Below the pieces are notes generated by a model, which was not told where the DNA came from, did no database searches, and saw nothing but the letters and a program-made list of their open reading frames with translations. The position numbers were made by a program, and so were the translations under genes. A stretch of 42,629 bases of DNA from Nemertoderma westbladi (Eukaryota; Animalia; Xenacoelomorpha): contig JAUCBJ010003956.1 in assembly GCA_032718475.1 (NCBI GenBank), positions 1 through 42,629 on the forward strand, in the 5' to 3' direction. Of the stretch, positions 11,377 to 22,149 are shown in pieces. Within the stretch, counting starts at the first letter, position 1, and each line of letters opens with the position of its first letter.

Positions 11377-11884
11377 TCACTCCCGAATTAGGATCAAAAC
11401 TCCCGTTGCTATGGTCAAAATTCAAGACTTTGTTAAAAAAAATAACTGTAGCGGACTCCACACAATTTTTTTCAATAATCTTCAATATGATTAACTTCCA
11501 ATGTCAATAAAATGCCAAATACGTTACTATAACTACATAAATACTAAAATATGCCCGTTGCTATGGTAACAACAGGATGATGACTTCGCTTGTGATCATG
11601 AATGTTTACTATGTAACATATTAATATGCATCTGAAGAACATATACAATGTTTCTGATGGAATTTTCACATATTAAATAATATTTTTGGTTGCCATGGCA
11701 ACAAGAAATGACCTGATTGGCTGGCAAATTATGGTCATAGCAACATGTGAGGTACTTGATCCTGAATTGGTTTCTTTTTAAAATGATAGTAACCATATTT
11801 AAACTGAAGAAACATTATAGGTGATATTATTTTCTTATTACCTAGGTTACAGGCCAACTACTATTCCACTTCAACGCCGAATCT
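11377..11884 (+). repeat. Long direct repeat, copy 2
   Basis: Colinear, high-identity match to 7597-8308. Confidence 0.95.
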
Positions 11885-12979
11885 AGAAAAAAACATTTAT
11901 GCTTATAAGGACAATATAATTACAGAGTTTCCTTATTTTGCAACTTTGGGAACACGCAATACGGATACGTTTCCAAAATTTCATAAATTCACTGTACAAT
12001 TAAGTTTGACGATGTATTTCTCACAGTTGTCATGGTAACCAAAGTGCCCCATCGGATTCTCCGATAGTGATTTGGGTGGGGTAGGTCAAGGTTAAAATTC
12101 CGTAGGATTATAGGAAAGGGTTTTTTTTAAATATGACTTTCTGTTGTCATGGTGAAATGGTCTATTTAACCAAGTTCCAACAACCGACTTTGGCCGATTT
12201 TGGATATGTCGAGAAGCATAAAATTTGGGTTTAGAAATATTAAATTAAATTATGTTGCAATTATTCCGAGGTTGAGCCCTATTTTGACTGGACTAATACG
12301 CCAATACTACAGTTTGTAGTAATGTACTGTATAGGCCTATAGTATAAGTACTGTATGATAATGTGCCTTGTTGATTTCTTTATTTCCATCCACCTCGTCT
12401 GTTCAGGACTCTGGTGTCATTAAATTAGCTGGAAGTTGAATTTAATAAACCCATTCCATATGTGAAATGTTTAGTTTTTGTGTATGTGGTTTTTCAAAAT
12501 AATTGTACTACCGGTACAGTATTTCCGATTGTGATTTCAGTTAGAGATAATAAATTTCGAATATACATTTTGCCAATAGCTGAATATTGCATCATTTGTT
12601 TTTAACGTTGTTAATACACGTCATATATAATATGCCTTCGTTAATTTCGTGTGGGTAGTAATAGAAAATGGCAACTAAAAATAATTGGTTAGCATACAAT
12701 AGATTTATTACTTTCAATATTAGATAGATTTCTGTAAATAATAATTATACTATAAACTATATAGCACGATAAACATAACAATACAATAAATAAATATATA
12801 ATAAAATTCGATACACATAAATAATATAAATGTTCTTAATTCGGAATGTTTGAAATAAAAGAAAAACTATTAATATTGAAACGGTGTGTAATTGGCAGAA
12901 AATATTAATATACTTGATAAAAGTAAGAAAATAAACCAACCACCGATAGTATAATATTTCTGGGACGCCGTCCCACCGG

Positions 12980-13043
12980 ACATCCTTACTGATCAACGTG
13001 TAAGGTGATCTAATATACCTTACACGTTGATCAGTAAGTATGT
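12980..13043. other. Perfect hairpin: 22-bp stem, 10-nt loop
   Basis: CTTACTGATCAACGTGTAAGGT (12985-13006) is the exact reverse complement of ACCTTACACGTTGATCAGTAAG (13017-13038). Pairing extends 5 bp further with one mismatch. Confidence 0.9.
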
Positions 13044-13145
13044 TTACATGTAAAGTAATCTCAAAAAATAATAAATTACTACATAACATGCTTACTTAAA
13101 AGGTAGAGCAACGTAGGTTTTAATTTTTAAGTTCAAACATGCACC

Positions 13146-13848
13146 GCTGTAGCAAACTATGCATCTGCAGCTGCAACAAACTATGCATCTGCAGCTGTAA
13201 CAAACTATGTACAGCTGAAACAAACTATGCACAGCTGTAACAAACTATGCACAGCTGTAACAAACTATGTATGTACAGCTGCAACAAACTATGTACAGCT
13301 GTAACAAACTATGTATGTGCAGCTGTAACAAACTATGTATGTGCAGCTGTAATAAACTATGTATGTGCAGCTGTAACAAACTATGTACAGCTGAAACAAA
13401 CTATGCACAGCTGTAACAAACTATGCACAGCTGTAACAAACTATGTACAGCTGTAACAAATTATGTATAGCTGTAACAAATTATGTACAGCTGTAACAAA
13501 CTATGTATGTACAGCTGTAACAAACTATGTACAGCTGTAACAAACTATGCATCTGCAGCTGTAACAAACTAGTGCAGCTGAAACAAACTATGCACAGCTG
13601 TAAAAACTATGTACAGCTGTAACAAACTATGTACAGCTATAACAAACTATGTATGTACATCTGTAACAAACTTTGTATGTACAGCTGTAACAAACTATGT
13701 ATGTGCATGGTATAGCTGTAACAAACTATGTACAGCTGTAACAAACTATGTACAGCTGTAACAAACTATGTATGTACAGCTGTAACAAACTATGTATGTA
13801 CAGCTGTAACAAACTATGTATGTACAGCTGTAACAAACTATGTATGTA
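13146..13848. repeat. 20/24-bp minisatellite (TGTACAGCTGTAACAAACTA[TGTA]), left block
   Basis: Visible array with the TACAGCTGTA palindrome in each unit; this block is heterogeneous. Confidence 0.96.
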
Positions 13849-13849
13849 C

Positions 13850-16711
13850 GCTTAAAATCACAAAAAGTGGCCAAAAAAATTATTTTTTTTTGTAAAAAAA
13901 AAAGTTTCCCAAAGTATGTAATATTATATATCACCAGAAAGCTCTTGATGCACTGAATTCAATGGTGGTAATTTCCCAATAGCCCCGACCTCATGGTAAC
14001 AAATAATTGAGAAAAACAGATGTCCATTCCTGTAACACTTGTCCCACAATGTAACGCCCGAAATCAGCCAATCAGAGCCCTTGAATGGTGATTTCGGATG
14101 CCTGTAACAATTTGTCCCACCATGTAACACCAGTTGTAATTACATTGAAATGTTAAATTATCCTAGATTTCGTCTCTGAGTGGGAGCTATGCAGCCATTC
14201 CTGATCCCAGTAACACATCCCAATAAAGCGTATTTGAAAATAAAATCAATCATAATAAATCTTTATGGTCCCCATTTCTGGAAAAATTATAAAATATTAT
14301 AGTTTATCAAATAAACATAAAGAGTTTATTAAAACATTTTAACCACTTAAGGTACTTTAGTGACGATTTATATGAAAATTCACAAAAGTATGACGAGTTT
14401 ATTACCGAGTTTATTACTGAGTTTATAACTGTATCACTATGGCTGAGCAGTTAGTCAAAACCTATAAATTGTTCATCAGTTCTCCCACACCCTCCACAGA
14501 TCCTCCCATAGCTCCCACTCCGTCTCCCACACCCTCCACAGATCATCCTGTACTTCCCACTCCGTCTCCCACACCCGCCACAGAGCCTCCTGTACTTCCC
14601 ACTCCGTCTCCCACACCCTCCACAGAGCCTCCTGTACTTCCCACCCCGTCTCCCACACCCTCCACAGATCCTCCTGTACTTCTCACCCTGTATCCCACAC
14701 CCGCCACAGATCCTCCTGTACTTCCCACACCGTCTCCCACACCCTCCACAGAGCCTCCTGTACTTCCCACCCCGTCTCCCACACCCTCCACAGATCCTCC
14801 TGTACTTCTCACCCTGTATCCCACACCCTCCACAGATCCTCCTGTACCTTTCACCCTGTCTCCCACACCCTCCACAGATCCTCCTGTACTTCCCACACCG
14901 TCTCCCACACCCTCCACAGAGCCTCCTGTACTTCCCACCCCGTCTCCCACACCCTCCACAGATCCTCCTGTACTTCTCACCCTGTATCCCACACCCTCCA
15001 CAGATCCTTCTGTACCTTTCACCCTGTCTCCCACACCCTCCACAGATCCTCCTGTACTTCCCACACCGTCTCCCACACCCTCCACAGATCCTCCTGTACC
15101 TTTCACCCTGTCTCCCACACCCTCCACAGATCCTCCTGTACTTTTCACCCTGTCTCCCACACCCTCCACAGATCCTCCCATTCTCCTCTCGCACCTCTAA
15201 CTACTCCTCTCGCTCCTCCAACTGCTCCACTTGCACCTCTACCTTTTCCCCTCGCACCTCCAACTGCTCCCCTTGCAACTCTACCTTTTCCCCTCACACC
15301 TCTAACTGCTCCCCTTGCACCTCTATTTTTTTCCCTCCCACCTCTAACTGCTCCCCTTGCACCTCTATTTTTTTCCCTCCCACCTCTAACTGCTCCCCTC
15401 ACGGAGCTCCCAATCACCCTCTCCCAATCGCAGAAGATAGATCTAAGATGGACCGCATCCCATATAAGACAGATCACTATTATTAGTCCTATTTTTATTT
15501 ATTATCAGTATCTTGATACCGGAACGGCAAGCTGATGTCTAATAAGTAATGAAATGTGGTCCTATTCTATACCGTAGTCACATAGTGTCTGTATCAGAGT
15601 CTTATAACTGGTTCTGGTTAGGATTAGTTTGTTTAGTAGTCAATAGTAAACTCTATGCACTGCGCAGATCTGTAGATCCAATAACTTCGAATCAAACGCA
15701 ATAAAGAGGCAGCACTGATACTGTTACCGGTACTACTGTAGGTAGGTAAGTACCAATTCACAGTTAATACTGCTGTTCTGTGTGCATGACCAACAGTCTT
15801 ATCAATATTATAAAGTCTGCACTACTAAAGTGTTACAGGTGAGACATTTCTTACTCTGTAGCCCAAAATTATTCGATTTACTGTTACATGTGGGACGTCC
15901 CGCCTTGTAACGATTTTTTGTGTTACAGGCTTTTGTTACAGGTGGGACAAAGCTCATGCTAATAAATGTAAAAGCAACTAAAGTCTATTTCATAGTCAAT
16001 TGTTGCCACAAATGATTACTCACGCAAAAGACCAAGAACTTGGCTATCTTCTGATATTTGAATCTTCATATCAAGTTTGTTAGAACTGATTCTAGAGCAT
16101 GGTAAAGCAGTGCACTTGGTGTTACACATGGGACAATCCTAATTGACATAATCGACTCGCACGTATAAAACCAGCCATATCTCTGGTTGTGTTTAGTATT
16201 TTTTCGTAAAATCTGGAACATTCCACTTCTTGAAGATTTTCCTTTCAAATAAGAATTTAGTTTATAGAATCCCAATAAAATCCTTTTGGTGAATTCAGGT
16301 GTTACCGTTTGGGACAAGTAATTGTCAAAAATAGGGGTATATTATCTATTGTTTTATTTAAACATGATATCAATAAGACAATTTGGGAGTTATTCCATTG
16401 CATTCCTCTATTATTTAGCTTTAAAATGAGCTATAACTTGTTGAAATACACCCAGTAGATGTCAAAATACATCCCCCACAATGCAATGAACTTTTTTGGA
16501 CAATTGAAAAACCTGCATTTTTTAGTACTAAAAGGTCTGTAAATTCTTTCAAAGTCGGAGTGGCATTATGATTTTTTGTGCATCTGTTGGACCATAAAAT
16601 TATCTTCAAAAATATATATAACTTTACTAGGTTCCAAAAAAAATTTCATTCTAAAATTAAGTCGAATCGTGTGGGAAACGTTTTTGGCCACTTTTTGTGA
16701 GTTTGGGCCCC
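13850..16711. mobile_element. Non-autonomous TIR DNA transposon inserted into the 20-bp array (possibly Sola-like)
   Basis: TCACAAAAAGTGGCCAAAAA near 13858 is inverted relative to TTTTTGGCCACTTTTTGTGA at 16681. TGTAAC..TGTCCCA motifs in the left half are mirrored as TGTTAC..TGGGAC in the right half. Exact termini and TSD are not clean. Confidence 0.72.
14481..15400. repeat. 42-bp C-rich tandem repeats, two related blocks (14481-15180 and about 15195-15400)
   Basis: Unit about TCTCCCACACCCTCCACAGATCCTCCTGTACTTCCCACACCG. It is open in several frames (PTPSPTPSTDPPVL on +; GGSVEGVGDGVGST and RG-rich on -). Confidence 0.93.
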
Positions 16712-16714
16712 TAA

Positions 16715-17878
16715 TGTACAGCTGTAACAAACTATGTACAGCTGTAACAAACTATGTACAGCTGCAACAAACTATGTACAGCTGTAACAAACTATGTACA
16801 GCTGTAACCAAACTATGTACAGCTGTAACAAACTATGTACGTACAGATGTAACAAACTATGTAAAGCTGTAACAAACTATGTACAGCTGTAACAAATTAT
16901 GTACAGCTGTAACAAACTATGTATGTACAGCTGTAACAAACTATGTACAGCTGTAACAAACTATGTACAGCTGAAACAAACTATGTACAGCTGTAACAAA
17001 CTATGTACAGCTGTAACAAACTATGTACAGCTGTAACCAAACTATGTACAGCTGTAACAAACTATGTATGTACAGCTGTAACAAACTATGTACAGCTGTA
17101 ACAAACTATGTACAGCTGTAACAAACTATGTACAGCTGTAACAAACTATGTACAGCTGTAACAAACTATGTACAGCTGCAACAAACTATGTACAGCTGTA
17201 ACAAACTATGTACATCTGTAACAAACTATGTACAGCTGCAACAAACTATGTACAGCTGTAACAAACTATGTACAGCTGTAACAAACTATGTACAGCTGTA
17301 ACAAACTATGTACAGCTGTAACAAACTATGTACAGCTGTAACAAACTATGTACAGCTGTAACAAACTATGTACAGCTGTAACAAACTATGTACAGCTGTA
17401 ACAAACTATGTATGTACAGCTGTAACAAACTATGTACAGCTGTAACAAACTATGTACAGCTGTAACAAACTATGTACAGCTGTAACAAACTATGTACAGC
17501 TGCAACAAACTATGTACAGCTGTAACAAACTATGTACATCTGTAACAAACTATGTACAGCTGCAACAAACTATGTACAGCTGTAACAAACTATGTACAGC
17601 TGTAACAAACTATGTACAGCTGTAACAAACTATGTACAGCTGTAACAAACTATGTACAGCTGTAACAAACTATGTACAGCTGTAACAAACTATGTACAGC
17701 TGTAACAAACTATGTACAGCTGCAACAAACTATGTACAGCTGTAACAAACTATGTACAGCTGTAACAAACTATGTACAGCTGTAACAAACTATGTACAGC
17801 TGTAACAAACTATGTACAGCTGTAACAAACTATGTACAGCTGTAACAAACTATGTACAGCTGCAACAAACTATGTACA
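16715..17878. repeat. 20-bp minisatellite, right block, about 57 copies
   Basis: Same unit and orientation as 13146-13848 but more homogeneous. Confidence 0.97.
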
Positions 17879-18718
17879 CACAGCGCTGTATATATATAAA
17901 TTCAGAATACACTTAGCATCAAATTTATAACTATAATAATAGACATATTACTTAAATAATCAAAAGTATCAAAAAATATTGCAAGAAAAATCGCACGATT
18001 GAAATAATATAATGAATTATTTTAGCCTAAATCTTCCAACCGTTACCTTTTTCAGTTAGTAACACCGAGGACTATGTACATTAATGATCTTGCCAGATTG
18101 TTAGCCAAGTAGTGTGTGAGAACCAACGATGAAGTTTAAACCCTGAGTGCTAGAGTGGCGTCCCCACCATGCCTGAACTGAACAGCCAAGAGAGAGGGTC
18201 TTGATAGTTTTTTGTAATCGGTCACTACGTAAGTAATGACATCACACGTTCTCATAAACAGCTGGTGGAGGGAGATACAGGGTGGATGGCAGGTTGGGGC
18301 CAACTAAATGGAGTGGACCGCAATACCCCGAGAACAAGGAGGAAATTAAAGCGATCGGTAACGCAGAAAGATCAGAGGCGAGACGGATGTTTGTCACTTC
18401 TGACCTCATCAGCATGTAAAGTAAAGTAATAATACGTTCCACAAACCACCAGTTTTGGACAAAAGGAGCAAGAGTTTCACAGAGGGGAAAAACTAAGTGA
18501 AAAGAGGCGGCCTCAATTATAGTCAAGTGGATAGGAACAGAGATAAATAGATTTCACTTTGAATTTCGGACAGACAGACAGACATCCTTGGCTGACAGCA
18601 ATAACCACTACGGTATTCTAATAACACTCGTCGTTACGGGGTACAAACTTTTTTTAGAAACTGCAACCACTTAGCATTTCTTTCACCCCCCCCCCCCATG
18701 TAGGGCACCCCATCTCGG

Positions 18719-20137
18719 TTACACCTCCTTCAGTATGGTGCAACCCGCATCGCATCTGTGCGTCCCCATCTCAGTAACTTCCTCCCAACGCTCCGCCATA
18801 GGATCGTAACATTCCACAGAGTTGAGCAAACTGTTGCCATCGTAACCGGCCACCACGTATATGCGACCGCGCATAGCGACAGCGCCGACGTAGCAACGAG
18901 GACAGTTCATGGAGGGAGCGGGACTCCAGCTGTCCGTCCGCACGTTGTAACACTCAACCGAGTCGAGATGTCGACTCCCGTCGTACCCACCCATAACGTA
19001 GACGGTATCGTTGAGCAAGGCGACTCCGGCTCCGGACCGTTTCGTGCCCATCGGTGCCATCGGGGTCCACGCGCCGCTCGCCGGGTCGTACCGCTCCACC
19101 GCCCGCAGTATGTGGACACCGTCGTAGCCGCCCAGACAGTAGATCTTCCCGTTGGCCACGATCAACCCCGCCCCCTCCCGTCCCGTCGACATGTCCGACA
19201 ACGTGGTCCACTCGTCGATCCGGGGGTCGTAACGCTCCATCGAGGAGTGCCGCAATGTGCCGTCGAACCCACCGGCCACATAGATCGCGTCCCGGTAGAC
19301 GCAGGCCCCCGCGAGCCCGCGTCGCACGCTCATGGACGCGACCGGCTCCCAGACCCCCGCCGGGTTCGCCGTGTCGAGGTACGAGACCTGGTTGAGTCGG
19401 GAGTGACCGTCGTAGCCGCCGATCACGAAGAGTCGCGAGTTGAGAGCGACGGCCGCCACGTAGCGGCAGTGGCGACGTAACGGCGTCAACGTGGTCCACA
19501 CGTCGCGTTTAGGATCGTACTTCTCGACGACGTCGACTGCGGAATGCGCGTTACCAAATCCGCCGATAACGACGAGCATCTCGGACGATCCGGTCCGACA
19601 CCGGGTCCGCGGACATTCCGACATCTGTGTCCGGCATTCCGGACGCAAATGAAACCGCTTGGCCTCGTCGACAAGATCGCGACAGGTGAAACTCGATCGG
19701 ATCATCTCCTGTCTGTCGATCACGTCGGTGAGGAAGGCGGGAGAGAGTAGCGGGAGTCGCACGTACTGCAGGAGTTCCGGGAAGTACGGACGTCTGTCCG
19801 ACAGGCCGTCGTACTCGATCCAGCGGATGAGAGCCTCGTAAACCGACTCCTCCGCGTCCACCTGTATCTCGTCGCAACATAGAATAGTTTCGACTTCCTC
19901 CTTGGAGAGAAGAAGAAACTCGTCGTGTTTGGTCACTTCCGGGAAGTGTTTGTAGGTGAATGTTTCCGCTGTGACACTCAACGATTGGCAGTTGTGGCGT
20001 TTCGCGAACTCGTTAATCCCGATACTATTGGTCGGATCAAGTTGTTTCTCTAGGAATCTACTACACGCGTCTTTCACGGCCGTTAGTTGCAGCAGGCAGG
20101 CGGCGGGTAGTAAATCCTGGACGTTCCCAACGTTCAC
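18719..20137 (-). CDS. KLHL12: Kelch-like protein 12, exon 2 (end of BTB, BACK, six Kelch repeats)
   Basis: [48 protein letters not shown]...[10 protein letters not shown] and six GG-Y/F Kelch repeats match KLHL12. The acceptor TTCTAG ends at 20138, phase 0. Confidence 0.95.
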   Translation of the reverse strand: MNVGNVQDLLPAACLLQLTAVKDACSRFLEKQLDPTNSIGINEFAKRHNCQSLSVTAETFTYKHFPEVTKHDEFLLLSKEEVETILCCDEIQVDAEESVYEALIRWIEYDGLSDRRPYFPELLQYVRLPLLSPAFLTDVIDRQEMIRSSFTCRDLVDEAKRFHLRPECRTQMSECPRTRCRTGSSEMLVVIGGFGNAHSAVDVVEKYDPKRDVWTTLTPLRRHCRYVAAVALNSRLFVIGGYDGHSRLNQVSYLDTANPAGVWEPVASMSVRRGLAGACVYRDAIYVAGGFDGTLRHSSMERYDPRIDEWTTLSDMSTGREGAGLIVANGKIYCLGGYDGVHILRAVERYDPASGAWTPMAPMGTKRSGAGVALLNDTVYVMGGYDGSRHLDSVECYNVRTDSWSPAPSMNCPRCYVGAVAMRGRIYVVAGYDGNSLLNSVECYDPMAERWEEVTEMGTHRCDAGCTILKEV

Positions 20138-21113
20138 CTAGAATGTAAAATAAGATATTTATGCTGCGACTGCCTGCCGCTTGGAAGTTGTAGATATTAA
20201 AGTTATAGCTCCACTAAGACTAAAACTACAAATAGTGACAGCCTATTTACATATTTGCAATCAGAGACAAATTTTTAACGATATTTGTTGGTGGTACTAG
20301 TTGCTAGTATAATAACGACTGTAGTGGGATTAATAATTTATATTTCACTATAGACTGTATAACCAGATAACCGCCTAGATGGACGTTGGGCAGACAATAA
20401 TGTCAGTGGGTATCATATTGTGTCAGTCCACTGAACTGATTATACCTGATTAGTTAAGTATTGCAGTATCAGAGTATATTATAATTATATAAAATGAATT
20501 TAAAAAATGTGGTAAAATACAAAACAATTTATTGGTACCAAATTTCCGAATGAACCATAACACGCTATTGGTTTGGTTACAATGCTTGCCAGGTTATATT
20601 ACGGATACAGTATTACTACCAGATTACAGCATAGGCCTATTATTACAGTTACGTAATATACAGATATATAGTTGAGGAAAAACTGTATTTTTATAAATGA
20701 ATTACTTAATTACTATTATATAATTTATGTATTATTGCTATTTATTGTACAGTCAGACAATAAATAAAATAGACTACAATTGCACCTCGTCCCAACGCGA
20801 GATCTTTTATTTACGGTGACGAAATTGTAAATGTGTTCCGAAGATTATAAATAAAGAAGCGTTTGCGTCATAAGCTGAGCGATAAATTGGGTAATAATTA
20901 ATATTGACAGACGGAATAAAACGGCGAATCTGCCCCCCCCCCCCCCCCCCCCCCCCCGTCAGCCCGTGGGCCAAATGGCAAGGGTCCAAACTGGAATCCA
21001 TACACTTTGCGCCGGATTAATCCGGCTCGCTTTACAATAAAAGCGCGCCAATGTGGCGCGCTCGAAAATCGTAAAGCGCACATAACCCATGTAACCAAAC
21101 AACTCCAAATATA

Positions 21114-21344
21114 GTTATAGTTCATATGCGTACCGATGGTATTTTCGTATTGCAAAAATAAGACTATAAGTATGAAATACCCTATGTTATTGAGATAATG
21201 TTTATTGTTTTGGTTAGAAAAGCCCACCACTGTAACCTGCTCCTTTCCGTTAATTAAGTAATGGAAATTAGTTTATTGTTTTGGTTAGAAAACACCACCT
21301 GCACCACCACTGTAACACCATCGGTACGCATATGAACGATAACC
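21114..21344. mobile_element. Mutator-like MITE in the KLHL12 intron
   Basis: 27-bp TIR GTTATMGTTCATATGCGTACCGATGGT and a perfect 9-bp TSD CCAAATATA (21105-21113, 21345-21353). Confidence 0.88.
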
Positions 21345-21445
21345 CCAAATATAAATGTCAATACCGACACCGACAGACCTACTGACCTACCGTGTCGTGT
21401 ACCGCTGTACCGGTCTGCCGGTACCGGTGAAAACTATAAAATTAC

Positions 21446-21820
21446 CTGAACAGTTTCGGTGTAAACAAAGTCTAGTAAAACGGCCATAGTGGACGAGGAT
21501 ATACCTTTAATGGGAACTGATAACTGTCGAGTTTCTGTCATCTCGTTGGTGAACATCGCGTGGAAGTAGTCGGAGCAGGCGGCGAGGACTACGCGATGAG
21601 CGGGGAACTCCTCTGAGTCGACTAGGAGGAAGACATCACAGAGAACCCGGAGCTTCCGGAGTCGGTTCATGGAGGCAAGGATTCCGCGGGCGTGTCCGTC
21701 CGTCACCACACGGTGGCACTGCTGCTGCCGCCCCGACGGCACTGTGTGGACTCGCTCTACAGTCACTTCCACCCCGTAATGTTGGCTTCCGGGGTGGATA
21801 TCCCCTGCCCCATTCTCCAT
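21446..21820 (-). CDS. KLHL12: Kelch-like protein 12, exon 1 (BTB N-part, 125 codons)
   Basis: HARGILASMNRLRK..LCDV...FPAHRVVLAACSDYFHAMFT...LLDFVYTETVQ, followed by donor CAG|GTAATT at 21445. It joins exon 2 in frame for a 597-aa protein. Confidence 0.95.
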
Positions 21821-22010
21821 ATTTTATAATTATATTTTTTTATAATAAATTAATATTGATCTATGTAATGTCTACTCTAGGTTAGGCCTACTACAGTGCA
21901 ACTGTACTACACACACTGCTATATCCACTGCACTGTCTGACATTCAGACATTACAACATTAGTTAGGCCTACCGCTACTGCGCTACCGGACCGGCTGACC
22001 TGCACTGTTA

Positions 22011-22117
22011 GTTGTCCTGTGGGGCGAGCCACGAAGTTGGCGGAGCCTTAGCGAATTGACACTGTTAGGGGGTGGGTCAATTTATGCAAATAGTTGTCGT
22101 CGTCGTCGTCGTCGTTG

Positions 22118-22149
<32 letters not shown>

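Larger units (their letters stand above)
7597..12295 (-). mobile_element. Decayed Academ-type DNA transposon (left end unresolved)
   Basis: The right end reads TAGTCCAGTCAAAATAGG on the minus strand (TAG terminus). It contains a transposase pseudogene and many subterminal GTTGYYATGGYAAC-type motifs. Confidence 0.72.

Noticed and set aside
14439-15200. Mucin or extensin-like host gene
   Set aside because: It consists entirely of tandem repeat inside a TIR element, has no signal peptide, and is open in several frames simply because the unit lacks stops.
18758-20141. Overlapping and antisense ORFs over KLHL12 exon 2
   Set aside because: These are expected shadows of GC-rich coding sequence with no recognisable motifs.
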